From an uncultured Gemmatimonadaceae bacterium (GTDB taxonomy: Bacteria; Gemmatimonadota; Gemmatimonadetes; Gemmatimonadales; Gemmatimonadaceae), in contig CAWAGQ010000013.1 in the NCBI GenBank assembly GCA_963781585.1, positions 352,001 through 416,000 of the forward strand: 64,000 nt of DNA, read 5' to 3'. Under the pieces are notes generated by a model. That model had not been told where the DNA came from, searched no databases, and saw only the letters and a list, made by a program, of their open reading frames with translations. Numbering within the stretch: the first letter of the stretch is position 1; each line of letters starts with the position of its first letter. This document shows positions 22,540 through 32,793 of this stretch, piece after piece. A program made the translations under genes and the position numbers.

Positions 22540-23952
22540 ATGGCCAGCAGTCAATCTGCCGCCGTCGTGCTTGGGGCCAGCATCAGCAGGCTGCTCGCGG
22601 CGCGCGCATTGAGCAGACACTTCGAGAACGTGACGGTCGTCGAGCGCGATGTCCTGCCGGACGCCGAGGTGATGCGCAAGGGTGTCCCGCAATCCGGTCA
22701 TGCGCATGGCCTGCTCGCCAGCGGGTACCGGGTGATGGATGCGTATTTCCCGGGTCTGATGGATGGGCTGGAGGATCGCGGTGCGCCTCGCGGCGACGTC
22801 ACCGGAGATTTCCTGTGGTTCCAGTTCGGTCGATGGAAGCTGCGCCACCATTCGGGGATTCGCGGAATCACCGTAAGCAGGCCCTGCCTGGAGGCGGCGG
22901 TCCGGCGACGGGTCAAAGCCATACCGAACGTGACATTTCTCGAGGGCGTCGACGGCATTGGTCCGGTGTTCGACGAGACCCGCGGGCGAGTGCGCGGCCT
23001 GGTGGTGCGCGCGCGCGAGACCGACACGCGGCGAACCGTCGACGCCGACCTGGTGGTGGACGCCTCGGGCAGGGGATCAAAGTCGCCGGCGTGGCTCGAG
23101 GCCTCCGGATTCGAGCGCCCGCGGGAGGTCGCGGTTCGGGTCAACGTCGGTTACGCCACCCGGATCTTCGAGCGGCAGGCGGGCGACCTGTTCAGCGCCA
23201 TGGGCGCCATCGTGGCGAGTACGCCGCCGGCGGGAACCCGCGCAGGCGCGGTCCTCGGTGCCGAAGAGGAGCGCTGGATCGTGACCCTCATCGGAACGGT
23301 GGGGGATTATCCACCGACCGACCCGGACGCGTGGAATTCGTTTGCCGCCACCCTCCCGACAGGCGCCGTCCACGACCTGGTGACGCACGCCCGGCCTCTG
23401 ACGGACATCGTCAGCTATCGATTTCCCGAAAACCGCCGTTTGCTGTACGAGCGCCTGAAGCGGTTCCCTCGTGGGTATCTCGTGATCGGCGATGCCGTGT
23501 GCAGCTTCAACCCGATATACGGGCAGGGCATGTCGGTCGCCGCCACCGAAGCGCAGGCGCTCGACGACTGCCTGGAACGCGCCGAGGGACTCGACGGACT
23601 CCAGCGTCGCTTCTTCAGTCGCGCGCGACGGGTCGTCGATGTTCCCTGGACCATCGCGACCGGCGAGGATCTGCGATACCCGCAGACGGAGGGCCAGCGT
23701 CCGTTCGCATCGCGCGTTCTCAACGGTTACCTCGAGCGGGTGCACGCCATCGCGTCGACCGACGCGGTCGTTTGCGACCGATTCTTCGACGTGCTCAATC
23801 TATTGGCGCCCCCGGAGTCGCTGCTGTCACCGCCGGTGCTATGGCGCGTGCTCACGCACCCGAAGCCACCGCGCGAGGGCTCACCGTGGGGCACGCTGCC
23901 CCCAGAGCGGGCGGAGCACCGCGCGCGCGAGATGCAGGGCGGTACGCGCTGA
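22540..23952 (+). CDS. FAD-dependent monooxygenase/epoxidase-like oxidoreductase
   Basis: VVLGASISRLLAARAL, VERD, GVPQSGHAHGL, DLVVDASGRGS, IGDAVCSFNPIYGQGMS; ATG 22540 after GGAGG. Confidence 0.87.
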   Translation: MASSQSAAVVLGASISRLLAARALSRHFENVTVVERDVLPDAEVMRKGVPQSGHAHGLLASGYRVMDAYFPGLMDGLEDRGAPRGDVTGDFLWFQFGRWKLRHHSGIRGITVSRPCLEAAVRRRVKAIPNVTFLEGVDGIGPVFDETRGRVRGLVVRARETDTRRTVDADLVVDASGRGSKSPAWLEASGFERPREVAVRVNVGYATRIFERQAGDLFSAMGAIVASTPPAGTRAGAVLGAEEERWIVTLIGTVGDYPPTDPDAWNSFAATLPTGAVHDLVTHARPLTDIVSYRFPENRRLLYERLKRFPRGYLVIGDAVCSFNPIYGQGMSVAATEAQALDDCLERAEGLDGLQRRFFSRARRVVDVPWTIATGEDLRYPQTEGQRPFASRVLNGYLERVHAIASTDAVVCDRFFDVLNLLAPPESLLSPPVLWRVLTHPKPPREGSPWGTLPPERAEHRAREMQGGTR

Positions 23953-23968
23953 TCAGCCCTGGCGCCGC

Positions 23969-25297
23969 TCAGGGTGATCCGAACCGGAATGCCGCGCGCA
24001 TGTCCGCGGCACGTGCATCGCGCGTGGACAGCGGCCGGAGACCGAAGCGGTGTTCGATCAGGGCGAGAATCGAGGTCGTGTCGTAGATCGTGTGATCCAC
24101 GAACCCCTGTCGCGCGAACGGCGAGATGACGATTGCCGGAACCCGTGTCCCGGGTCCCCAGCGATCGACTGTCGGCGGCGCGACGTGATCCCAGAAGCCG
24201 CCGTTCTCATCATAGGTCACGATGATGGCGGCATCCTTCCAGTCCGGGCCGTTGCGTACGACATCGATCAGCGAGTCCACGTGCCGCTCGGCGTTCAGTA
24301 TGTCGCTGTATCCGGGATGCTCGTTCACCTCGCCAAGGGGTTTCACGAACGACACGGCCGGCAGCGTCCCGGCGGCGGCGCGACGGAAAAACTCGGTTTC
24401 ATCGAGCAGATGCTCGGAGCGCGCCTGCGAGCTGTCGGCGAAGGTGGCGAAGTAGGCGAACGGCTGGTGGTGAAACTGGAATGACGGATCGGGTCGTCCA
24501 GCCTCGGCGTCGTCCCAACCGCCCGAGAACCACGCCCAGCTCACTCCGGCGTCGTTCAGGCGGTCGCCGATGGTCGGGAGATGAACGGGCGGCACGAGTT
24601 GGTCGGCCGGCACGTTCGCCGGGTGTGGGGAATACGCCGAGAAAGCGGTGTTCACCACGAACCCCTCGGGCATCACCGCGCCGTCGACGCGGAGAAATCC
24701 CGCCGAGTCGATCACGGCGCGCATGGTGGGCGGCGCGTCGAGCCAGGTCGGAGTGGCGGCGGCCACCAGCCAGATATGATTGAGGAACGACCCGCCGAAC
24801 GCGGCGTGGAAGAAGTGGTCGCACAAGGTGTACCGCGTCGCTTCGGCCGCCAGGGGAAGTCCAGCTGTGGGGTAGTAGCCCATCACGAGTCCTTCGGCGT
24901 CACTCACCACCGCGAACCGGTCCATTCGTCCCCCGTTGATCTGCGCCCTTTCCTGGTAGTAACGGTGGACCAGGTCCCGGGTGGGCCGGTCGGCCGGGAC
25001 GTACCGGGTGATGTCGAAGGGCGCGTTAGGCAGGTCGCGCGGGAACGGGGTATCGTCTGCCTGGGGGAGGGTGGGGTACGGGGTTCCTGACAGATCCACC
25101 TGAGGCGCTGCCCCCCGGGCCTGCGCGAGCCCGTCGGCACCGGGGAACTGGCCATACAGGTTGTCGAAGCTGCGATTCTCGAGGTAGATGACGACGATGT
25201 GTCCGATGTTGGCGAGGCCCGCCGGCGGCGATGCCCCAGCATGGGGGCGTCCGCACGAGGCGAGCGCAACGAACAGAACGGTCAGCATGCGCGTCAT
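23969..25297 (-). CDS. Acid phosphatase AcpA / phospholipase C (phosphoesterase family) lipoprotein
   Basis: Lipobox [59 protein letters not shown]; start approximate. Confidence 0.9.
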   Translation of the reverse strand: MTRMLTVLFVALASCGRPHAGASPPAGLANIGHIVVIYLENRSFDNLYGQFPGADGLAQARGAAPQVDLSGTPYPTLPQADDTPFPRDLPNAPFDITRYVPADRPTRDLVHRYYQERAQINGGRMDRFAVVSDAEGLVMGYYPTAGLPLAAEATRYTLCDHFFHAAFGGSFLNHIWLVAAATPTWLDAPPTMRAVIDSAGFLRVDGAVMPEGFVVNTAFSAYSPHPANVPADQLVPPVHLPTIGDRLNDAGVSWAWFSGGWDDAEAGRPDPSFQFHHQPFAYFATFADSSQARSEHLLDETEFFRRAAAGTLPAVSFVKPLGEVNEHPGYSDILNAERHVDSLIDVVRNGPDWKDAAIIVTYDENGGFWDHVAPPTVDRWGPGTRVPAIVISPFARQGFVDHTIYDTTSILALIEHRFGLRPLSTRDARAADMRAAFRFGSP

Positions 25298-25634
25298 GCC
25301 GCGCGCATCCCGCGTTGTCGGGATGGCTGTCGGAACCCGGGATTTCGTCACAGCGTGCGGTGGGAGATTGGGGAAGGGTGAGTTCCTGGCGCCTCTCATG
25401 ATAATCGATGGGGGCCGCTGCTCGTGGCGGGGCAATAACAACTTCGCGCTCGGGCGCGAAAGCGTTGGGTGGGGCGCTGTCACGGTGCGCACAAGAGAGA
25501 TCGTCGCGCCATGCCGGAAGCCAGAGGGAAGGCGAGCCGGAGCCGACGCGAAAAGCGCTCCGGCGGTCGCGCCTCTTGTGGGACTCCGGTCGGTCGCGCA
25601 TTAACCCTGCCAACCCCTTTCCCGGAGTCGCGCC

Positions 25635-27881
25635 CTGGCTGTTGAGGTCCGCCTCAGCCGCGAACTACGGCTGATCGACGTCACGCTCATTGGTGTCGGC
25701 GCCATGATTGGCGCCGGCATCTTCGTGCTCACGGGCATCGCCGCCGGTGTAGCCGGGCCCGCACTGATCCTCGTCTTCGCCCTGAATGGTCTGGTGGCGA
25801 TCGTCGCCGCCATGTCCTATGCGGAACTTGGAGGGGCGATCAGCGGCGCCGGCGGCGGCTACCTGTACGTCAAGCGCTCCCTGCCCAACCCGAGCGGATT
25901 CCTGGCCGGGTGGGCGAACTGGTTCGCGAACGCGGTGGCCTGCTCGCTCTACGCTCTGGGTTTCGGCGCCTACTTCAGGCAAACGCTCGAAGTCGTCGGC
26001 GTCCGGAACGTCACCACGCCGTTCGTGCCAGTCGAGGTGTGGATCGCGGTCGCGGCCTGCCTGATCTTCGCCGTGATCAACTTTCGTGGTGCATCGGAAG
26101 CGGGAAAGGCCGGCAACGTGGTGACGATAGGGAAGATCGTCATCATCGGTCTGTTCATCGTCGCCGGACTGTGGACCATGGCGCGACGTACGGGATGGCA
26201 GGGGTCGTTCTCGCCGTTCCTGTCGAGGGGCTGGAGCGGTGTGCTGGCCGCCATGGGTCTGACCTTCATCGCCTTCGAGGGCTACGAGATCATCGCCCAG
26301 ACCAACGAAGAGGTGGAAAATCCGAAACGCAACGTGCCGATGGCGGTGATGCTCTGTCTCCTGATCGTCATCCCGATCTATTTGCTGGTCGCGTTCGTCG
26401 CGGTGGGGGCGACCGTGCCCCCGTCGGGCACGTCGGTCACGCAATTCCTCGGCGAACAGAAGGAGACGGCCCTCGTGACGGCGGCCAACCAGTTCGTCGT
26501 CGGTGGGGGCCTGGTTGTTCTGGTAGGCGGGCTGTTGTCCACTCTTTCGGCCTTGAACGCCACGATCTTCTCATCCTCCCGGGTGGCGTTCGCCATGGCG
26601 CGCGATGCCAGCCTCCCACACGCGCTGGCGCGGGTCCACTCGAAGCGCGGTACGCCGTACGTCGCCATCGTCGTCTCGGCCGCGCTCATCATCGTCATGG
26701 CAGTGGCGCTGCCGATCGAAGATGTCGCGGCATCGGCCAGCGTGATGTACTTCCTGCTGTTCGCCGCCGTGAGCGTCGCCGTCATCCGGTTGAGGCGCAC
26801 GCATCCCGACCTCGATCGCGGATTCCGGGTACCCTTCGTGCCGGTGACGCCGCTGTTGGGGCTGGTGGCGATGCTCTTCCTGGCCGCGCTGACGTACAGG
26901 TCGTATCCCGTCGCGTGGGCGGCAGCCGGGGCCTGGATTGGCGTCGGTGTAGTCGTCTACTACGGCTACAGCCGGAGGCGCGAAACCGCCTTCCAGGCGC
27001 GGACGTCCTGGATGGAGCGCATCGATCGGGACGAGTACCGCGTGCAGGTGGCCCTCTCGAGCCTTCGCACACTCCCGTCGCTCATGGAGGTCGGGCTTGG
27101 CATCGCCCACGCACACGGCGGAGAGCTGGTCCTCGTGCACGTGATTGAGGTGCGTGATGGCGAGCCGCTGGAAGCACGACGGGATACGCCGGCGGAGGTG
27201 GAGGAGCTGCTGGAGCAGGGCGTCGAGTACGCGCGCGTACGGGGCGTCACCGCCCGCCCGGTCATCCGGGTCGGCCACCGCATCAGCCACGCGCTGGTTC
27301 AGACGGCGCGCGAAGAGGCGTGCAATTTCCTGGTCACCGGCCAGCCGCAGCAGCAATCGATCTTCGAGCGGTTCGTGTCTTCCATCGTGGAGCGGGTCTT
27401 GCAACGCGCTCCATGTCAGGTGGCGGTGGTGTACGGCACCATCGATCGCGACACGCTGTCCGGTCTCACCGTGCCTGTCACGTCGGGGCGTAACTCGGAG
27501 CTGGCCGCGCGACTGGCCCCCGCGCTGGCCGGCTGGTTCGGCGTCGACATGCGCGCGATTACAATGCTGGACAAGTCGATGAGTGACGAGGACGCCGAGC
27601 AACTGGCGCAGGATGCGCGAGCGACGCTGCAAGACGCCGAATTCGCGCGGGAGCTCGAAACCATCCATATTCCGGCGACCGAGCGCGGATTTCTGCTGGC
27701 CGTCCCGCCGCGCGAGCTGGTGCTGATTGGCGCGCCCACGAGCGGACCGGTGGTTCCGGTGCTCGGAGATACCCTTCCCGCGGTCATCGCCCGGCACAAC
27801 CGCAATCCGGTCATCGTGGTGCGGGCGGTAGAGGAACGTCAGGCCCGACGATTCGAACGCGCGTTCTTCGCGAGGGCATAG
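25635..27881 (+). CDS. APC-family amino-acid permease fused to C-terminal universal-stress-protein-like domains
   Basis: RELRLIDVTLIGVGAMIGAGIF, SYAELG, FIAFEGYE, about 12 TM; USP-like tail (LVLVHVIE, IVERVLQRAPCQVAVV); start probably CTG 25635. Confidence 0.88.
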   Translation: MAVEVRLSRELRLIDVTLIGVGAMIGAGIFVLTGIAAGVAGPALILVFALNGLVAIVAAMSYAELGGAISGAGGGYLYVKRSLPNPSGFLAGWANWFANAVACSLYALGFGAYFRQTLEVVGVRNVTTPFVPVEVWIAVAACLIFAVINFRGASEAGKAGNVVTIGKIVIIGLFIVAGLWTMARRTGWQGSFSPFLSRGWSGVLAAMGLTFIAFEGYEIIAQTNEEVENPKRNVPMAVMLCLLIVIPIYLLVAFVAVGATVPPSGTSVTQFLGEQKETALVTAANQFVVGGGLVVLVGGLLSTLSALNATIFSSSRVAFAMARDASLPHALARVHSKRGTPYVAIVVSAALIIVMAVALPIEDVAASASVMYFLLFAAVSVAVIRLRRTHPDLDRGFRVPFVPVTPLLGLVAMLFLAALTYRSYPVAWAAAGAWIGVGVVVYYGYSRRRETAFQARTSWMERIDRDEYRVQVALSSLRTLPSLMEVGLGIAHAHGGELVLVHVIEVRDGEPLEARRDTPAEVEELLEQGVEYARVRGVTARPVIRVGHRISHALVQTAREEACNFLVTGQPQQQSIFERFVSSIVERVLQRAPCQVAVVYGTIDRDTLSGLTVPVTSGRNSELAARLAPALAGWFGVDMRAITMLDKSMSDEDAEQLAQDARATLQDAEFARELETIHIPATERGFLLAVPPRELVLIGAPTSGPVVPVLGDTLPAVIARHNRNPVIVVRAVEERQARRFERAFFARA

Positions 27882-27887
27882 GCCATC

Positions 27888-28556
27888 ATGCAGACCCCAA
27901 CCGGCGGCACGGTCGCCGGATTCCAGACTCAGGTCATCGACTACCTCCCTACGCTAGCCGCCGGCCTGATCGTCCTGGTCCTGGGCGTTCTGGTGGGATG
28001 GCTGGTGAAGCGCGCCGTGGTGCGGATGCTCACGTGGGCGCGATTGGACCGGCTTGGCGGCCGGCGCGCATGGCGCGCGGCGTTCCGGAAGGGGGACGTC
28101 CGCTCCGCCCTCTACGACATTATGGGCAATGTGGCCATGGTGCTGGTCACGCTCCTGTTCGTCGACAATGCCACGGAGATCTGGGGTCTGACCGTGGTCA
28201 ACCGACTTATCGACGGGCTGCTCTTCCAACTGCCGAATCTCGCGCTGGTGGCGCTCATTGTCGGCGTCGGGCTGTTGCTGTCGAACACACTGGCCAGTCG
28301 GATCGAGGACGCGCTGGAGGAGGAGGACGTCGCGTACCCGCGCCTGATCGCGAAGGCGATCAAGGGAGCGCTTCTGGCCATCGTCGGAGCACTCGCGTTA
28401 TGGCAGCTCAACTTCGCCCGGCAGATCGTCCTGGCGGCGTTCCTGATCGCGTTCGGCGCCATCGGCGTCGCATTCGCCCTCGCGGTCGGACTTGGTGCGT
28501 CACGAGCCATTCAGCAGGGCTTGCAAGGTTTGTTGGACAGGAAGAAGAACGGCTGA
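27888..28556 (+). CDS. Membrane protein with conserved TM-helix repeats (CmpX/MscS N-terminal-like)
   Basis: Repeated YLPTLAAGLIVLVLG / QLPNLALVALIVGVG and AFALAVGLG. Confidence 0.7.
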   Translation: MQTPTGGTVAGFQTQVIDYLPTLAAGLIVLVLGVLVGWLVKRAVVRMLTWARLDRLGGRRAWRAAFRKGDVRSALYDIMGNVAMVLVTLLFVDNATEIWGLTVVNRLIDGLLFQLPNLALVALIVGVGLLLSNTLASRIEDALEEEDVAYPRLIAKAIKGALLAIVGALALWQLNFARQIVLAAFLIAFGAIGVAFALAVGLGASRAIQQGLQGLLDRKKNG

Positions 28557-28573
28557 CCCTCGCGCAGCCCGTA

Positions 28574-30337
28574 TCATTCCGGAGCGACTGAATCGGACGT
28601 TTCGTTTCCCGTTACCACGAGTGGCTCGTCACGCGGGCTCCGGGGGGAGACGCTGGTGCCGGGGAAAATGCGGAAGTACTCCGCGATCGTCGGCGACGTG
28701 CCGCAGATGGAGACGATGTCCCCCGGCTGCAGCCTGAATGTGCCGTCGAACTCCACGTACACGTCGTCGGCGCGTTCCACGGCCACCACCGAGCAACCCG
28801 TCCGCTCACGGATCATCCGGGTCGCAAGGGGCTGGCCGACGAGGCTCCCGGGAGATGTCGCTACCAGCTTGATCTCGGCCTCGAGCGAGACGGATTCCTG
28901 ACCGAGCAGGTGGAAAGCGAGGAGCTGACCGGCCACCTGGCCGAGGGAAAGCGCGAAGTCGGCACCGGCACGATGGATCCGCGACACATTCTCGGCCCGG
29001 CGGGCACCGGCCACGATGAGCACCTCGGGCGCGAGGCTTCGTACGACTGCCGCAGCGAACAGGGTGGCGCTGTCCGACTCCAGCGTCAACACCACAGCCC
29101 GTGCCTCCGCCGCACCGGCGCGCGTCAGCGCCTCGGGGTCGAGCGGGTCGCCCACCACGTCCGCACGACCCGTCGGGTCCTCGTGCACGACCAGGACTTC
29201 CTCATCGGCGAGCCGGAGAAATTCAGCCGCCTTGACCCCGAGGAGGCTGCTGCCAAGGACGAGAATGGGTCCCGGCCGGTGCACCGGGGTGGCAAGCTCG
29301 CTCAGTCGCGCGATCCCCTGCTGGCTCCCGACTGCCACGACAATGGTACCCACCTCCAGACTCGTACCGAGATTCGGCTGGCTGATGAACTTGCCCGCGA
29401 TCCAGAGGCCGACGATGGTTGCCCCGGTGCGTGATCGGACGTTCGAATCGCGAATGGAATGACCGGCGAGCGCGCTGGCGGCATGGATCCGCAGTTCGGC
29501 CACTTCGAGATGTTGGCCGAGATGCCGCACGCCGGAGATGCGCGGGCTGAGTCGATTGCTTGCCCGCGCGGCGATGGCGGCTGCCAGTACGTGAGTCGGC
29601 GTGAACGCGGTGGTCGCGCCGGCGCGGAGCATGGCCGTGCGTCGGACGGGATTGTCGACCATCGCCAGTATCGGACCGCTGAAACCGTTGTACCGCGCGC
29701 TCAGCGCCATGGCGGCGTTGTCCTCGTCGTCGCCGTTGGCAACCACGGCGCGCGCCCCGGCCAGATTCCGCAGGTCAGGATCATCCTGCTCCAGACTTCC
29801 CAGCACCACGCGGTGTCCCTGCTCGTGCAAACGGCGCGCGGTGGCCTCGTCCTCCTCGAGAATCACGACCGGAACGCCGGCCTGGTCGAGCTCGTCGAGC
29901 AGTGACGTGACCGCGGGTCCGTATCGATAGACGACCACGTCGCCCGAGAGCGGTGGCAGCGTGCCGGGAAGCCGGGCCTGGAAGCGTTCCTCGAGAAAGG
30001 GAATCACGAATACCGGGATTATGAGAAAGATCATCGCGACGCCGGCGAACTCGGCGACGACGACGTAGGCTTCCATGAGGGGGTGCGTCCAGGTCGTGTC
30101 GCGCCCGAAGCCGGTCGTGGTCATCGTGGCCACCGCCCACTGCAGGCTTTCCCCGAGGCTGCGCGGCGCGTGCTCCAGGTGCGCCATCCCGAGTTGGTAG
30201 AGCACTGCCAGGACGAACGCGACCAGGGGCAGCGCCAGGAGCAGCAGGGTGAGTCGGCGGACCGACCGGGGTATCTGGCGTAGCACCGGGTTCGGACGGC
30301 TGAAGGAGCGAGCAAGGCCTCGATGAGGCCGGCCCAT
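28574..30337 (-). CDS. 2-TM potassium-channel-like protein with tandem TrkA-N/TrkA-C (RCK) domains
   Basis: Pore-like WAVATMTTTGFG; two TrkA-N and two TrkA-C units (RSRTGATIVG, RERTGCSVVAVER); start may be GTG 30286. Confidence 0.85.
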   Translation of the reverse strand: MGRPHRGLARSFSRPNPVLRQIPRSVRRLTLLLLALPLVAFVLAVLYQLGMAHLEHAPRSLGESLQWAVATMTTTGFGRDTTWTHPLMEAYVVVAEFAGVAMIFLIIPVFVIPFLEERFQARLPGTLPPLSGDVVVYRYGPAVTSLLDELDQAGVPVVILEEDEATARRLHEQGHRVVLGSLEQDDPDLRNLAGARAVVANGDDEDNAAMALSARYNGFSGPILAMVDNPVRRTAMLRAGATTAFTPTHVLAAAIAARASNRLSPRISGVRHLGQHLEVAELRIHAASALAGHSIRDSNVRSRTGATIVGLWIAGKFISQPNLGTSLEVGTIVVAVGSQQGIARLSELATPVHRPGPILVLGSSLLGVKAAEFLRLADEEVLVVHEDPTGRADVVGDPLDPEALTRAGAAEARAVVLTLESDSATLFAAAVVRSLAPEVLIVAGARRAENVSRIHRAGADFALSLGQVAGQLLAFHLLGQESVSLEAEIKLVATSPGSLVGQPLATRMIRERTGCSVVAVERADDVYVEFDGTFRLQPGDIVSICGTSPTIAEYFRIFPGTSVSPRSPRDEPLVVTGNETSDSVAPE

Positions 30338-30445
30338 GACGGCGATCCCGACGCGGCCGGGCCATCACCGACATCGCTATCCCGGGCCGGCCGTGCGTCT
30401 CCTACAGTGCCGGCGAATCCGCGCCGGCGCCAGCGCTGTGTCGCT

Positions 30446-31360
30446 CTATCCGAACAATCCCTCCACCGACAGATACCGCTCGCCGGTGTCGTAGCAGAAG
30501 GTCAGCACGCGGCTCCCTTTCGGAACGTCGGGAATCTTCTTCGCGACGGCCGCCAGCGCCGCGCCTGACGAGGGACCCACGAAGATCGCCTCCTCCTTCG
30601 CGGCGCGTACGGCGTACGCGAATGCCTCCTCCTCTGTCACCTGCACCGTCCCGTCGAGCACTTTCGTGTTGAGGATGGCGGGAATGAAGCCCGCCCCGAT
30701 CCCCTGGATCTTGTGCGGGCTGGGGCTCCCGCCGGAAATGACCGCCGACTTGGCCGGCTCCACGGCGAACGCCTTGAGCTTCGGGAACTTCTCCTTCAGC
30801 ACCTCGGCCACGCCGGTGATGTGGCCACCGGTGCCGACGCCGGTGATGAGGAAGTCGAACCCCTCGGGGAAATCGGCCAGGATCTCCCGGGCGGTGGCAC
30901 GACGGTGGATCTCGGTATTCGCCGGGTTCTCGAACTGTTGCGGCATCCAGCTGCCCGGCGTCTTCGCGATCAGCTCCCTGGCGCGCTCGATCGCGCCGGG
31001 CATCCCTTTCTCGCGCGGCGTCAGGTCGAGCTCGGCGCCGTAGGCGGTCATGATGCGCCGGCGCTCGATGGACATCGACTCCGGCATCACGAGGATCAGG
31101 CGATACCCTTTCACGGCGGCGACCATCGCCAGCCCGATTCCCGTGTTCCCGCTGGTCGGTTCGATGATCACCGTTCCCGCCTTGATGACGCCGCGTCGCT
31201 CGGCGTCCTCGATCATCGACAGCCCGATGCGGTCCTTGATGCTGCCTCCCGGATTGGCGCGCTCGAGCTTGAGCCACACTTCGACGCTCCGGTCGAAGAG
31301 GCGATTGATGCGCACGTGAGGGGTGCCGCCAATCGTATCGAGAATCGTTGCCGCCCGCAT
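30446..31360 (-). CDS. cysK: Cysteine synthase A
   Basis: NPGGSIKDR (PLP Lys), [36 protein letters not shown]. Confidence 0.96.
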   Translation of the reverse strand: MRAATILDTIGGTPHVRINRLFDRSVEVWLKLERANPGGSIKDRIGLSMIEDAERRGVIKAGTVIIEPTSGNTGIGLAMVAAVKGYRLILVMPESMSIERRRIMTAYGAELDLTPREKGMPGAIERARELIAKTPGSWMPQQFENPANTEIHRRATAREILADFPEGFDFLITGVGTGGHITGVAEVLKEKFPKLKAFAVEPAKSAVISGGSPSPHKIQGIGAGFIPAILNTKVLDGTVQVTEEEAFAYAVRAAKEEAIFVGPSSGAALAAVAKKIPDVPKGSRVLTFCYDTGERYLSVEGLFG

Positions 31361-31398
31361 GTCCCGTCCCCGTTAGGTGTTGATGGTTGATTGTCAGG

Positions 31399-32238
31399 TC
31401 AAATGTTGTACTCCAGCTGCGGCTCGTCAGGCGCGCGCTGTCGCTCCACGGTGGCGGCGTGCGTCACCACGGATCCGGGAGGCACGCTGTGGGTGAGCCA
31501 GACGTTGCCGCCGATGACGCTGCCCGCGCCGATCACCGTATCGCCACCGAGGATGGTCGCGTTGGCATAGATCACCACGTCATCCTCGATCGTGGGGTGG
31601 CGCTTCTGTCGCGCCAGCTCCTTGCGCACGCTCAGGGCGCCGAGGGTCACCCCCTGATAGAGGCGGACGCGATCGCCGATGCTGCTCGTCTCGCCAATCA
31701 CTATCCCCGTGCCGTGGTCGATGGCGAGCGACCGGCCGATGCTCGCTCCGGGATGGATATCGATCCCCGTCGTCCGATGCGCGAATTCGGTGATCAGACG
31801 TGGCAGCAGCGGGATGCCCTGCTCGCACAACGTGTGGGCGATGCGAAAGCAGGCCAGCGCGAAGAAGCCCGGGTAGGCGAGGATGACTTCGTCGACGCTC
31901 TTGGCCGCCGGGTCTGCTTCGCAGGTGGCACGCGCGTCCAGGGTGAGGGCGTTGCGAAGCGCGGGAAGCGCGCGGGCAAACGCGTCGGCGTCTGTCTCGG
32001 CGTGCTCGTTGGCCGTTCCCAGCCCCTGCAGGAATCGTTCGAGACGCGCGCGCAGTCCGGAGAGTTCGGCGCGCACCTCCCGCGGCGTCGCCACGGGGGC
32101 CGGTGCGAAATGGGGAAACAGCACGCCCAGCGCCACGCGGGTCAGCTCTTCAGCCTGCAATCCAGCCTGAGCAGGGAGCGGATATGTCGAGCGCGATGCC
32201 GCAACCTGACTGACGAAATCTTCGATTGATCGATCCAT
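31399..32238 (-). CDS. cysE: Serine O-acetyltransferase
   Basis: DPAAKSVDEVILAYPG, TGIDIHPGA, IDHGTGIVIGET, YQGVTLG, KRHPTIED; upstream of cysK. Confidence 0.94.
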   Translation of the reverse strand: MDRSIEDFVSQVAASRSTYPLPAQAGLQAEELTRVALGVLFPHFAPAPVATPREVRAELSGLRARLERFLQGLGTANEHAETDADAFARALPALRNALTLDARATCEADPAAKSVDEVILAYPGFFALACFRIAHTLCEQGIPLLPRLITEFAHRTTGIDIHPGASIGRSLAIDHGTGIVIGETSSIGDRVRLYQGVTLGALSVRKELARQKRHPTIEDDVVIYANATILGGDTVIGAGSVIGGNVWLTHSVPPGSVVTHAATVERQRAPDEPQLEYNI

Positions 32239-32504
32239 GGGAAGCGCGATCGAGCCATGCCAGCTAAATGACTGGAGCGTTCGGGAAGTTCCCGGTTCGG
32301 CCTACTCAGCCTGCAGCGCCTGCCGGGATCAGCTCGTCCCCCACGCGGATCGGCGTCGACAGGGGATCGCGGCGTCTCGTATGGCGTGAGCGCCACGAAT
32401 CGTGTTCATTGCCATTCTGCTCATCGTGCGCGCCGCCCGCTCCCGACGTTGACCCGGATGCGGCGGTCTGCTGGCGCGAAACGCCTGACCGAGGAACCGA
32501 GATC

Positions 32505-32726
32505 ATGTGTCGGAACATCAAGCAACTACGGCACGAGGACCATCCGCCCACCGACGAGGAGCTCAGCGGCGCCGCGCTTCAGTTCGTGCGCAAGATCAGC
32601 GGATACCATAAACCGTCGCAGGCCAATCAGGCGGCATTCGACCAGGCCGTTCGCGATGTTGCCGAGGCGGGGCGCGTCCTGTTTCGATCCCTGCACGTTC
32701 GCCACCACGCGGCAGCGGCCGGATAG
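32505..32726 (+). CDS. DUF2277 small protein
   Basis: MCRNIKQL...TDEEL..AALQFVRKISGY.KPS.AN..AF. Confidence 0.85.
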   Translation: MCRNIKQLRHEDHPPTDEELSGAALQFVRKISGYHKPSQANQAAFDQAVRDVAEAGRVLFRSLHVRHHAAAAG

Positions 32727-32793
32727 GTCGGCACCGGCTCGCACGGGCCGTCCCTCCTGCAGCTCGCGCTTCACCGGGAAGAACGGAGATTCT

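Noticed and set aside
32270..32345. SAH-riboswitch-like string on the minus strand upstream of cysE (GGCGCTGCAGGC...GGCC)
   Set aside because: It lacks the GAGGAGCG / CCAGGCTC core pairing as I recall it; an Rfam scan is needed and I cannot support it by eye.
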